A stretch of 64,000 nucleotides of DNA from Candidatus Omnitrophota bacterium (GTDB taxonomy: Bacteria > Omnitrophota > Gorgyraeia > Gygaellales > Profunditerraquicolaceae): positions 10,425 through 74,424 of the forward strand of contig JAOAET010000041.1 in the NCBI GenBank assembly GCA_026416665.1. The letters run 5' to 3'. The notes beneath the pieces are model-generated. The model was not told where the DNA came from. It worked only from the letters and a program-made list of their open reading frames with translations, and ran no database searches. Positions within the stretch are counted from its first letter, which is position 1; each line of letters opens with the position of its first letter. A program made the position numbers and the translations under genes. Of this stretch, positions 47,243 through 56,940 are shown piece by piece.

Positions 47243-48028
47243 CTATTTTTCTTGCTTAGAGGTTAATTCCAAAAACAACTCTTTAACAGATGCCTTAGGG
47301 TTGCGGGTCGCCTGTCTTAACTCTTCTTGAGTTCCAAAACCACAGACCCTGCCTTGTTTGATAATAAGATATAAGGTGGCTAACTCTTCTGCTTCTTCCC
47401 AGCGATGGGTGGTAAAAATTACAGTTGCTTTCTGACGTCCAAGTATTTCGTGTTTTAAGAATTCACGCAATTTTAGACAACAGCGGTAATCTAGACTTTT
47501 ACTTGGCTCATCCAACAGCAGAAGACGAGGTTCATGCATAAAAGCACGCACAAGTCCTATTTTTTGTTGCATCCCTGTAGAGTAATTGTCAAAGCGTTTA
47601 TCTAAAAAATCTATTTCAAACAGGTTAGATAACTTCTCAATTTGTTGGGAAGTTTGTTTTTTGGATAGGCCATAGAGAGAAGCAAAAAACTCTAAATTCT
47701 GTCTTCCGGTTAATCGCCAATAAAAAGTTCTTTCACTATTCGTTACCAGACCAATTAAACGTTTCAGTTTATAACCATTTTTGGTAGAATTAAGGCCATC
47801 AAAGATTATTTCTCCCTTATCAGGTAAAAGAATATTGGCAACAATCTTTAGGAGAGTAGTTTTGCCTGCTCCGTTAGGACCAAGTAGTGCTAATACTTGA
47901 CCAAATTCTAAAGAAAAAGATACATCAGATAGGGCAACTAATGGTTGTCGTGACGGGTGTCTAAAAAAAGGTAAGTTGTTTAAAACTAAGGGAAAAAAAA
48001 TCTTTGTAATACCTTTTACTTTTAGCAT
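47243..48028 (-). CDS. ABC exporter ATP-binding protein
   Basis: GPNGAGKTT, YSTGMQQK, LLLDEP, TTH; ATG 48028 (MLKVKGITK) preferred over TTG 48073. Confidence 0.92.
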   Translation of the reverse strand: MLKVKGITKIFFPLVLNNLPFFRHPSRQPLVALSDVSFSLEFGQVLALLGPNGAGKTTLLKIVANILLPDKGEIIFDGLNSTKNGYKLKRLIGLVTNSERTFYWRLTGRQNLEFFASLYGLSKKQTSQQIEKLSNLFEIDFLDKRFDNYSTGMQQKIGLVRAFMHEPRLLLLDEPSKSLDYRCCLKLREFLKHEILGRQKATVIFTTHRWEEAEELATLYLIIKQGRVCGFGTQEELRQATRNPKASVKELFLELTSKQEK

Positions 48029-48035
48029 AGTTTTA

Positions 48036-48064
48036 AGTTTAGCAGATAAGTATCTGTGCGTCAA
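48036..48064 (-). promoter_or_regulatory. Sigma70-type promoter of the ABC exporter, probable leaderless
   Basis: Minus strand reads TTGACG-17 bp-TAAACT with an extended TG, then 7 nt to ATG 48028. Confidence 0.65.
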
Positions 48065-48133
48065 CAGTAGCAAAAAATGAGTTGTTAATGGATGTTTGCC
48101 ATTTTAAGGATTTCTTATTACTTCATATTTTTC

Positions 48134-48162
48134 TTGACATTTCTTATTGGAAGTATTAAAGT
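48134..48162 (+). promoter_or_regulatory. Sigma70-type promoter, divergent from the ABC promoter
   Basis: TTGACA-17 bp-TAAAGT; downstream SD AAGGAGGT. Confidence 0.6.
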
Positions 48163-48216
48163 TAAAAAAAGAAATTAAGATAGCATTAAAATTCTTTAGA
48201 AAGGAGGTAGAAGAAT

Positions 48217-49098
48217 ATGGGTAGAAAAAAGGTAGTTATTATGTCGTGTTTAATTTTTTGTATCCTCATACTTATGAAGGATTTTGTTAATGCAGAGACA
48301 AAAGATAATAGTCAGGTGCCTGAGTGGCTTAAGCGCACCAGTTACGGAATAAATATTGACTCATCTCAGAAACCGAGAATTTATATTGAGACAGTACAAC
48401 CACTCTATCAGGATGAAGACAAGATAGATACTTTTTTTACCCATGGGCGTATAAATATTCAAAACGAAAGAGGTATTTACAACTTGGGTTTGGGCTATCG
48501 CAGGTTACTTACAGAAGAATTTTTAGCAGGGATAAATACCTTTTTTGACTACCAAGATTTACATAACCACTATCGCACAGGTTTTGGTTTAGAAGCAATT
48601 GGCAAGCGTGCTGAAGCAAGATTAAATACTTATTTTGGACTTTCACCGACTCGCAAAGTTAAAGAGACCGCCAGCTCTACTCAATATGAAAAGGCCGTAG
48701 ATGGTTTCGATGTAGAACTTGGAGGACCGGTGCCCTATTTACCTTGGTTAAAATTATTTGGTAGTTATTATCAATATGACTTTAAGAAATTTAAAGATAT
48801 GCAAGGTTCAAAAATTCGTAGTGAAATAAAATTGATAAAATGCCTGACTATTAATTTAGAGACATATGATGATAATAAAGGTGAGCGTGAATATGCAATG
48901 GACACCAGATTTAATTTTGCCTTTGATAATTTTAGTTTCAAGGATTTTTTGAGTGCTTTCAAGTTGGAGAACGAAAAATATAAAGAAGTCAACTTGCGTG
49001 ACCGTACCTTAGACAGGGTAGAGAGAAACTTTAATATTCAGGTAGAAAAATGGGCTGAGGTTACAGGTATGACTGTGGAGATCGGAAGGGGAAGTTAA
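48217..49098 (+). CDS. Stand-alone inverse autotransporter (intimin/invasin-type) beta-barrel protein
   Basis: Signal peptide; NLGLGYR, GINTFFDY, RTGFGLE, ARLNTYFGLS, EKAVDGFDVE, VERNFNIQVE; ends right after the barrel/linker. Confidence 0.8.
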   Translation: MGRKKVVIMSCLIFCILILMKDFVNAETKDNSQVPEWLKRTSYGINIDSSQKPRIYIETVQPLYQDEDKIDTFFTHGRINIQNERGIYNLGLGYRRLLTEEFLAGINTFFDYQDLHNHYRTGFGLEAIGKRAEARLNTYFGLSPTRKVKETASSTQYEKAVDGFDVELGGPVPYLPWLKLFGSYYQYDFKKFKDMQGSKIRSEIKLIKCLTINLETYDDNKGEREYAMDTRFNFAFDNFSFKDFLSAFKLENEKYKEVNLRDRTLDRVERNFNIQVEKWAEVTGMTVEIGRGS

Positions 49099-49118
49099 GA
49101 ATTAAGGAGGTTAGGTAA

Positions 49119-49772
49119 ATGGAAAAAAAATTAATATTAGGATTAATAATATTATTTACCTTGCAAGTATCATCTTATGGTGATAACGTGGCTGTTACTC
49201 CTCAAGAATACATAGTTACTATTAATAAAATTGAATTCTATAACGAAGATACCTCTTCTTGGATCACCGTTGGTGAAGGAAAGCTTAGTTTTGATATTGC
49301 TTCAGTTAATGCCGGACAGACAGTGGGTAGTTATGTAGATGCTAGTGCCGTTGCCGAAGGTACTTATACGCAGGGAAGAGTTTATGTTTCACTTACCTTT
49401 TATTTAAAGGCCAGTGCTACTATTGATGGGACTACTTACTACACAACTGAAGGCGGATACGAGAATCCTTTCCCTGATTCTGAACTTCAAGGTTACATTG
49501 CTGCAAAAACTACAACGGATCCTAATCGCGCTTCCAGGGGAATATCGGTTCTTACCGAACAGGCTTTAGAAAGAGCAGGTTTTGATGTTGTAGGAGATAG
49601 TTTTATATTTGAAGGAGAAGTTCTATTACCTATTGTAGTAAAAAAAGGTTTTACCAAAAAGGTCAGAATTAATTTTAATGTAACAAATAGTGTAGCCTTT
49701 GAAGAGATTCCTTCCGGCGACGTGGTGTGTTATCCTTTACCGCCAGTACTTACTTTTAAGGTAATTGACTAA
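49119..49772 (+). CDS. Hypothetical exported beta-rich protein
   Basis: SD AAGGAGG, signal peptide, T/V/S/G-rich sequence. Confidence 0.7.
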   Translation: MEKKLILGLIILFTLQVSSYGDNVAVTPQEYIVTINKIEFYNEDTSSWITVGEGKLSFDIASVNAGQTVGSYVDASAVAEGTYTQGRVYVSLTFYLKASATIDGTTYYTTEGGYENPFPDSELQGYIAAKTTTDPNRASRGISVLTEQALERAGFDVVGDSFIFEGEVLLPIVVKKGFTKKVRINFNVTNSVAFEEIPSGDVVCYPLPPVLTFKVID

Positions 49773-50018
49773 CAGGATTTTATATAAAATTTTTCCAGGT
49801 TTACGATATTGTTCTATATAAGGCATAAATTGAATTAAGAGTAAAAGCATGTTATTTTACTTACAACAGCGTCAAGAGCAATAAGAAAAAATAAGTGACC
49901 ATCAGTTTTTACAATTAACTTTTAACTTCCTACCTAATCGCCCTTGTTATTGACTAAAGATTAATTACAAAGGTTAAAAATAAACACTTCTTTTTAGTCC
50001 ACTTTGGATAAAAATCCC

Positions 50019-50047
50019 TTGCTAACCCCTTGATTCTATGGTAAGTT
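50019..50047 (+). promoter_or_regulatory. Possible promoter of the polysaccharide operon
   Basis: TTGCTA-17 bp-TAAGTT with an extended TG. Confidence 0.4.
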
Positions 50048-50072
50048 AGAAAAAAATAAGAAGGAAATAAAA

Positions 50073-52055
50073 ATGGCACAATACGAACTTAATTTACGAG
50101 ATTATCTAAGGATTCTGCGTAAACGTAAGTGGGTTATTTTTCTTACTTTTGCAGTGGTTAGCATCATAAGTATTTTAGTGTTAAGTAGTGGCGAAAAAAT
50201 ATATCGGGCCACTGCCACTGTTAAAATTCAAGAGCGTAAAACCATTGCAGGGCTTTTGACTGAGATGTTTGTTTATAGCCCTGGGGATATTATGACTACT
50301 GAGTCGCAATTTGTAACAAGTTTTCCTATTGCGCTTAACGTATGCTTACGTATGGATAAATTAAAAGATGATTGGCTTAGTCGAAAACGTAAGATGGGAG
50401 AGATAGAGTACATAGAACCAGAGGATGTTAAACCCGAGTTTATTGAAGAAGTAAATCAAGTTGTTGGGGAATTGCAGAGTAAGATAAAAGTAGAAATAGT
50501 ACAAAATACCAATATGTTACGCATAAGCGCAGAGTCAAGTGTTCCTGTTGAGGCCATGGATATTGCTAATATGGTAGCCACAGTTTATATAGAAGCAAAC
50601 TTAAGAGAAAAGAATAAACACGCTGCCCATGCCCGCCAGTTTATTGAAGAACAATTGCAGACTTTAGAAGCTAACTTGCGCCGTTCCGAAGATGAGAAAC
50701 TGCAAAAGTTTGGTGAAGGTGCTGAGATGGTAAAACTTGCCCAACCCATTGAAGATAAATTGGTAGAACTGCAGTTTAAACTCTCTGAACTTCTACAAAA
50801 ATATACCGAACGCCATCCTCAAGTTATTCAATTACGCCAGCAGATTAAGAGTTTAGAAGAACAAGTTCAAGGTGTTTCCGGCAGACAACTAGAATATGCA
50901 CGGTTAGTCCGAGAAATTGAAGTAAATAAAAAACTTTATGAAATGCTTAAGGAGAAATTGGAAGAGGCACGTATCACCGAGGCACAAAGAGTAAGTGATG
51001 TCTCTTTTGTTGAACGAGCAGTTATGCCTGAAGAACCTCTAAGTGGTGACCGCACACTTAAGATTGTTATGGCTTCCTTTTTGGGATTAATTTTAGGGGT
51101 ATCTATGGCTTTTATTTTAGAAACAATGGATACCTCTATTGGTACTATTGAAGATGTGGAGAATGTGATAAAACTTCCTGTTTTAGGTGTTGTCCCACCT
51201 ATTGAGTGGGAAACAAAGACATATACTATTTTACATCGAATAAAGGAACAATTTTTCCCTTCTAACAAAAATGATGCCGAAGAACGTCTTGTTCACCTCT
51301 ACGCCCATTTTAAACCGCAGTCACCTACAACAGAAGCATTTCGCAATATACATACCAATCTTAAACTTAATACTACAAGAAAAGTGTTAATTATCACCAG
51401 TTCTGGTCCTAGAGAAGGGAAGAGCACAGTGGTTTGTAACTTAGGGTTAGTTATGGCACAGATAGGGTTACGGACTCTTTTAGTATCTTGTGATTTACGC
51501 AGACCAGTTATCGCTAAAATATTTGGGATTAAGCGCGAACCAGGTTTAAGTGAATTAATAAGGGGTAGTGCTTCTTTAGATGAAGTCCTTTATAATATTA
51601 CAGATTTGTTACTTGGTGATTTGGGGTTTGATGTGATACGTAAAACCCCTGGGATGGAGAATATTTGGATATTACCTTCTGGACATCTTCCTTCTAACCC
51701 CGTTGAAATTTTAGAATCAAAGGCAATGTCAGATATAATTGTTCAGCTGAGAGAAAAATTTGACGTTGTTCTTTTTGATACCCCGCCAGTTTTACCGGTT
51801 ACTGATGCCAGTTTATTAGCCAGTAAAGTAGATGGGGTAGTCATTGTGTATGAGATTGGGCGTACAGGTAGAGAAGGACTTATGCGCACAAAAGTGCAAC
51901 TTGAGGCAGTAGGCGCTAAAATCTTAGGCGTTGTCCTAAATCACACAATGCCTCAGACAGAGTTAGTATCACCTTATCCTTACTACCATAAGTATGCCTA
52001 CTATAGTGAAGAAAAACAGATTAACAAAAAAAATACAAATCGTGAAAAGACCTAA
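50073..52055 (+). CDS. wzc: Polysaccharide co-polymerase / tyrosine autokinase (Wzc/GumC)
   Basis: LRDYLRILRKRKW, YTERHPQV, EAFRNIHTN, SSGPREGKS, DLRRP, FDTPP, and a C-terminal Tyr cluster YPYYHKYAYY. Confidence 0.93.
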   Translation: MAQYELNLRDYLRILRKRKWVIFLTFAVVSIISILVLSSGEKIYRATATVKIQERKTIAGLLTEMFVYSPGDIMTTESQFVTSFPIALNVCLRMDKLKDDWLSRKRKMGEIEYIEPEDVKPEFIEEVNQVVGELQSKIKVEIVQNTNMLRISAESSVPVEAMDIANMVATVYIEANLREKNKHAAHARQFIEEQLQTLEANLRRSEDEKLQKFGEGAEMVKLAQPIEDKLVELQFKLSELLQKYTERHPQVIQLRQQIKSLEEQVQGVSGRQLEYARLVREIEVNKKLYEMLKEKLEEARITEAQRVSDVSFVERAVMPEEPLSGDRTLKIVMASFLGLILGVSMAFILETMDTSIGTIEDVENVIKLPVLGVVPPIEWETKTYTILHRIKEQFFPSNKNDAEERLVHLYAHFKPQSPTTEAFRNIHTNLKLNTTRKVLIITSSGPREGKSTVVCNLGLVMAQIGLRTLLVSCDLRRPVIAKIFGIKREPGLSELIRGSASLDEVLYNITDLLLGDLGFDVIRKTPGMENIWILPSGHLPSNPVEILESKAMSDIIVQLREKFDVVLFDTPPVLPVTDASLLASKVDGVVIVYEIGRTGREGLMRTKVQLEAVGAKILGVVLNHTMPQTELVSPYPYYHKYAYYSEEKQINKKNTNREKT

Positions 52056-52136
52056 GAGTTGGAATATTTTTCCGACGAATGGGTTATAAAGAAATTGGGG
52101 ATACAGGTATCCCCGTTTTTTTTAGAATAAGAAATT

Positions 52137-53516
52137 ATGCCTCTGGCTTATCCCAAAATACCCCTTCAGATATTAATCTTTCTTTTTGTAAGCACACTTA
52201 TCTTTGTTTTTCTTCTTTTTGGTTTCCCCATACAGAATACCATTGTTCTTTTTTTAGCAACTGTGGTTTTTGTTATTGCCTTTCTTAATACTAATATTGC
52301 ACTTATTATCATTATTATTTCAATGCTCCTTTCCCCAGAGATACAGGCAGGTAGAGTAGCTACACGCACGGTTAATCTTAGAGTAGAAGATATTTTTATC
52401 TTTGTTGTTTTTTTTGGTTGGCTGGCGCGTATGGCTATACGTAAAGAACTTGGATTGCTTCGTAAGAATCCCCTTAACGCACCAATTATTATTTACTTTA
52501 CTATTTGTGTGGTTTCTACCCTTCTTGCTTTATTAGAGGGAAAAGGTTTTCCTAAAGATGCCTTTTTTTATCTTCTGAAATACTTTGAGTATTATCTTAT
52601 CTTTTTTATGGTAACAAACAATCTGCACAGTGTCTTTCAGGCAAAGGTTTTTGTTTATACTATGCTGATTACCTGCTTTATTGTCTGCGCTATTGCCTGG
52701 ACACAAATACCTACAGGGCAACGTCTATCCGCACCTTTTGAAAGTGAAGGAGGAGAACCCAACACCTTTGCTGGATATTTAAATTTAATGATGGCGCTTA
52801 TCATTGCCTTTGCCATTTATGCCAAGACACTGAAAATGCGTTTAGTTTGGATTGGGTTTTTTTTCTTTGCGTTTGTGCCTTTTCTTTACACGCTCTCGCG
52901 TGAAGGATGGATAAGTTTTATTCCTTTACTTTTTGCTTTTATTGTCTTAAATAAGAGGGCGCGAGCAGTTCTTATTTTATTCTCTTTAACTTCATTTGTT
53001 TTTCTTCCTCCTTTGTTGCCAAAGCACATCCATAAAAGGGCCCAAGATACATTTGCAAAGGAAAAGTCATATAAATTATTTGGAAGAAAAATCTATGTGT
53101 CTGAGTCAACTGCTGACCGTATTGAGGCGTGGAAAAAAGCAATGGTAAAGATTCGCCGAAAACCTATTCTTGGAAGAGGTGTGCCTGGCGGTTCGGTTAT
53201 TGATAACCAATACACCCGAGTTCTTACTGAAACAGGTCTTGTGGGTTTTACCAGTTTTATGTGGATAATTATACTGCTATTTCGTTTTGCTTTAAGAACT
53301 TATCGTCAGACCGAAGATGATTTTATCAAAGCCATAAGTTTAGGTTTTCTTGGAGGGTTTGTGGCACTGCTTTTTCAAGGTTTAGGTGCAGCAGTTTTTA
53401 TTCTCATTCGTATAATGGAACCATTCTGGTTTCTAGCAGCATTGGTATTGACTCTACCTGAGGTTAAGGCAGAAGAAAGGATGCAACTATTAAATAACAC
53501 TGAATATGTGCGATAA
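52137..53516 (+). CDS. O-antigen ligase / Wzy polymerase family membrane protein
   Basis: Many TMs; EPNTFAGYL, TLSREGW, R...W...KPILGRG, DNQY...ETGLVG. Confidence 0.85.
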   Translation: MPLAYPKIPLQILIFLFVSTLIFVFLLFGFPIQNTIVLFLATVVFVIAFLNTNIALIIIIISMLLSPEIQAGRVATRTVNLRVEDIFIFVVFFGWLARMAIRKELGLLRKNPLNAPIIIYFTICVVSTLLALLEGKGFPKDAFFYLLKYFEYYLIFFMVTNNLHSVFQAKVFVYTMLITCFIVCAIAWTQIPTGQRLSAPFESEGGEPNTFAGYLNLMMALIIAFAIYAKTLKMRLVWIGFFFFAFVPFLYTLSREGWISFIPLLFAFIVLNKRARAVLILFSLTSFVFLPPLLPKHIHKRAQDTFAKEKSYKLFGRKIYVSESTADRIEAWKKAMVKIRRKPILGRGVPGGSVIDNQYTRVLTETGLVGFTSFMWIIILLFRFALRTYRQTEDDFIKAISLGFLGGFVALLFQGLGAAVFILIRIMEPFWFLAALVLTLPEVKAEERMQLLNNTEYVR

Positions 53517-55086
53517 AGATGTCTCCGACAAAATAATTCGTAACACTGCTTTTAATATCTTAGCAAAAGTATGGTTTTCCATTTTGGGTTTATTATTGAC
53601 CCCTTATATTATGCAACATTTGGGGGTAGAACGGTTTGGCGTTTTGTCACTAGTAGGAGTGTTAACTAGTTATTTGGGGCTTCTTGATTTAGGGGTAGGA
53701 AATTCTTTTGTAAAATATGTTTCACAGTTTTATGCAATAAAGGATTTTTTAGCACTTAATCGGTTAGTGGTAACTGGCTTTTTATTCTATGCTATCTTAG
53801 GTGTCCTTATGTTATCATCAAGTTTTTTTCTTATTAAATTACTTGTTTTATTTTTCAAAATACCTGTGTTTTTATCTTCAGAAGCAGAGTTTGTTTTTCT
53901 GTTGGGTATTGCTACTCTGTGTGTCTCCAATGCCTTTGGGCCTTTTATAGCTATAATTCCCGGACTACAACGAATGGATATAGCAAACATAATTAGTATT
54001 TTGGTTTCCTTTGTAACAGTAATAGGAACAGTATTTTCTTTGAAACAAGGATGGGGTTTATCGGGTTTGATGATAACCAACGCAACGGTTGTTCTATTGA
54101 CAGTATTGGCTAATATGATAATTACTCATCGTCTACTGCCTCAGTTTAGTTTTCACTTTAGGTTTTTTGATGGTTCATTGTTAAAACGTATATTTAAATT
54201 TGGCTTTCAGGTACAATTTAGCCGTATTTCCTCAACAATTACTACCCACACCGACAAATTATTAATAACCTATTTTTTGAATTTAGCGTTAGTTTCTTTT
54301 TATCAATTGGGTTCAACTATTGTTTCTTATGCAATGTCAATTCCTGCGCTTCTTGTTTCTCCTTTTGTGCCTGCATTTTCTGAGTTGTCTGCCAGACAAC
54401 AGAGACAGAAGTTAATAGATGTCTATTTAAGAAGTACAAAATATCTGGCTTTTGTTACTGTCCCAATTTTTATGGCAATTGCTGTGCAAAGCCACCGAAT
54501 TATGCGTGTATGGATGGGAAGTGGTTTTGAACAGGCGGGGTTGGTAATTCAAATTTTATGTTCCGCTTATCTATTAAATATGTTTGCTCGATTATCTTCA
54601 GCCTTTGCAATGTCAATAGAAAAGACTGATATTATGATGAAGAGTTCACTTATTACCATTATAGTAAACATCATCGCAAGTATTTTATTTATTAAACTTC
54701 TGGGTTTTGCGGGTGTTGCTTGGGGCACGGCAATAGCGGTTAATTTAGGCACTTGGTATTTTCTTAGGCAACTTCATAAAAAGATAAATATAACCTGGTC
54801 AGCTTATACCAAGGTAACAATGCCCTTTTTAGGGTGTGGAATTCTGGCTTTTTTTGTTCAGATTATTTTAGATATCTGGTTAAATTATTTTAAGACATCG
54901 CGATTAATAGAAGCAGTAATAATGGTAGCCTGCTTAATATTTTCTTCAGTGATTTATATGATTTTGGTTCTGGTAGTAAAGATTTTTGATGATACTGACA
55001 GAAGTTTTATTAAGGAAAAATTTCCTGCCTTTAGCAATTGGTTAGAAAGATGGTTGGGCAAAATTGCCGCATCTGTAAAAATGTAG
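53506..55086 (+). CDS. Wzx-type flippase / polysaccharide biosynthesis protein
   Basis: RNTAFN, TPYIMQHLGVERFG, LDLGVG, DKLLI; about 14 TM. Confidence 0.88.
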   Translation: MCDKDVSDKIIRNTAFNILAKVWFSILGLLLTPYIMQHLGVERFGVLSLVGVLTSYLGLLDLGVGNSFVKYVSQFYAIKDFLALNRLVVTGFLFYAILGVLMLSSSFFLIKLLVLFFKIPVFLSSEAEFVFLLGIATLCVSNAFGPFIAIIPGLQRMDIANIISILVSFVTVIGTVFSLKQGWGLSGLMITNATVVLLTVLANMIITHRLLPQFSFHFRFFDGSLLKRIFKFGFQVQFSRISSTITTHTDKLLITYFLNLALVSFYQLGSTIVSYAMSIPALLVSPFVPAFSELSARQQRQKLIDVYLRSTKYLAFVTVPIFMAIAVQSHRIMRVWMGSGFEQAGLVIQILCSAYLLNMFARLSSAFAMSIEKTDIMMKSSLITIIVNIIASILFIKLLGFAGVAWGTAIAVNLGTWYFLRQLHKKINITWSAYTKVTMPFLGCGILAFFVQIILDIWLNYFKTSRLIEAVIMVACLIFSSVIYMILVLVVKIFDDTDRSFIKEKFPAFSNWLERWLGKIAASVKM

Positions 55087-56033
55087 AAGGTAACCGTCTG
55101 CATAAGGTTAGAGAAATGATGTTTGGTAGAAAAGAGTTCTTTCTATACCTTGAATGTGGTAATTGTGGATGTTTACAGCTGATGGATATCCCTTTAGATT
55201 TAGGGCAGTATTATCCTAAAGAATATTATTCTTTTGCTATACCTGAAGCACTCGGTAAGAAAGACAATTCCTTCAAGCGTTTTTTACGAATAGTGCGGAG
55301 TAGATATCTGTTAGGTCACAGCGATATTTTGGGGCTATTAATAAACTTCTTGCTACCGCCTGCCGAGAAGATAAAAGAGTATCTTCTTATCCTTAAAAGA
55401 TGCAATATAGACCTTAGTCAGAAGATACTTGATGTTGGTTGTGGAGAAGGTAATTGGCCCGCAGAGCTATCTTGGTATGGTTTTAAACACATAGTGGGAA
55501 TTGACCCATACATGCGCCAAGAAAGAAAATTCCCGGGGTTAGAACTTTATAAACGCGACATTTTCGCTATGGATGGTTGTTTTGATATCATTTTGTTTCG
55601 TCATTCTTTTGAACATTTAGATAACCCTTGGGATATTCTTAAGAAAGCAAGAGAAATTATTTCCGCTGACGGCTGGTTAATCATACGAACTCCTTTTGTT
55701 CCTTGTTATGCTTGGAAGGAATATGGTTGCAACTGGGTGGCAATTGATGCACCTCGTCATATCTTTATCTACTCAGAAAAGGCAATGGAAATTTTGGCTA
55801 ATCAGGCAAATTTTAGAATCGTTGATACTGTATTTGTATCCGATGCCTTTCAGTTTTGGGCAAGTCAACAATATGCCCAAGATATACCACTAAAATCTGA
55901 ACGTTCTTATGCAGTTACTCCACAGAAGAGTATTTTTAAATTAAAGGATATCCAGCGTTTTAATAAGTTGGCAAGACAACTTAACAAGAATAAAGAGGGC
56001 GATGAGGTTTGTTTCTATTTGAGGCCACAATAG
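55050..56033 (+). CDS. Class I SAM-dependent methyltransferase with N-terminal Cys pairs
   Basis: CRIC, CGNC, ILDVGCGEG, HSFEHL, DAPRH; ATG 55050 or TTG 55038. Confidence 0.85.
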   Translation: MVGQNCRICKNVEGNRLHKVREMMFGRKEFFLYLECGNCGCLQLMDIPLDLGQYYPKEYYSFAIPEALGKKDNSFKRFLRIVRSRYLLGHSDILGLLINFLLPPAEKIKEYLLILKRCNIDLSQKILDVGCGEGNWPAELSWYGFKHIVGIDPYMRQERKFPGLELYKRDIFAMDGCFDIILFRHSFEHLDNPWDILKKAREIISADGWLIIRTPFVPCYAWKEYGCNWVAIDAPRHIFIYSEKAMEILANQANFRIVDTVFVSDAFQFWASQQYAQDIPLKSERSYAVTPQKSIFKLKDIQRFNKLARQLNKNKEGDEVCFYLRPQ

Positions 56034-56058
56034 ATTTTTTTAGAACATCTTTGGCAGT

Positions 56059-56940
56059 ATGTTAGAAGATTTTCCTGTAATAGATATTATTACTGTAAAT
56101 TATAATGGAAGACATTTTTTAGAAGAATTTTTTACAGCTATCGTAAATCTGTCTTATCCCAAAGATAAAATTCGCCTTATTTTTATAGACAATAATTCAA
56201 AAGATGGCTCTATAGAATGGGTAAAAAGTCAGAAAACAGATTTTTCAGTTATTCTGCTAACAAATAAAAAAAATCTTGGTTTTGCGACAGCCAACAATCT
56301 TGCTTTTAGAATATGCAAAGCAGAGTTTATTGCATTATTAAACAACGATACTAAAGTTGAACCTGACTGGCTTGTTTGGCTTGTTCGAGCAATAAGAAGC
56401 GACAGTGGTATTGGGATAGTAAGTTCAAGACAACTGCCTAAGGAATCACCGAGGTTAATTGACCCTCAAAGCAACGAAACCAGTTGGTGTAGTGGAGGTC
56501 ATTGTCTTATTCGAAGAAGTTGTCTAGAGAAGGTAGGTTACTTTGATGATAAATTTTTTATGTATGGAGAAGATGTAGATTTATCTTGGCGTATGTGGCT
56601 TCATGGCTACAAGTGTCTTTATGTGCCAGAGGCGATTTGCTATCATCATTATAAGAGCCCTGAACGTTTTATAGAACGTAGGCTTATGTTTCATGTGAGA
56701 AATTCTATATTGCTTCGTTACACTTATGGAAGACGGTATGACATTCTAAGACAAGTTTGGAAGTGGATTAAAGAAGCATTCGCCTTTGCCCTAAAAAGGG
56801 GTGACTTTAAAAAAGCATTTGCGATATGCTCAGGAGTTTTTCTACATGCATTCTGCATAGCGCATTTTATTCAAAAAGGTAGGCGATTAAAAAGATTCTC
56901 TTCTTTCGAACAGGTGAAGCAAAAATGGATAACTCTGTAG
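56059..56940 (+). CDS. Glycosyltransferase family 2
   Basis: VNYNG, DNNSKDGS, NLGFATANN, LLNND, FFMYGEDVDLSWR. Confidence 0.92.
   Translation: MLEDFPVIDIITVNYNGRHFLEEFFTAIVNLSYPKDKIRLIFIDNNSKDGSIEWVKSQKTDFSVILLTNKKNLGFATANNLAFRICKAEFIALLNNDTKVEPDWLVWLVRAIRSDSGIGIVSSRQLPKESPRLIDPQSNETSWCSGGHCLIRRSCLEKVGYFDDKFFMYGEDVDLSWRMWLHGYKCLYVPEAICYHHYKSPERFIERRLMFHVRNSILLRYTYGRRYDILRQVWKWIKEAFAFALKRGDFKKAFAICSGVFLHAFCIAHFIQKGRRLKRFSSFEQVKQKWITL

Noticed and set aside
38226-50072. Mobile island boundaries around the RiPP cluster
   Set aside because: No integrase, transposase, tRNA or flanking direct repeat was seen, and composition looks similar to the flanks by eye.
52079-52288. 69-aa Cys-rich ORF between wzc and the ligase gene as a second precursor
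   Set aside because: It mostly overlaps the O-antigen-ligase gene out of frame and has no SD or YxxP leader. Its Cys/Phe richness reflects the T-rich TM codons of the real gene.
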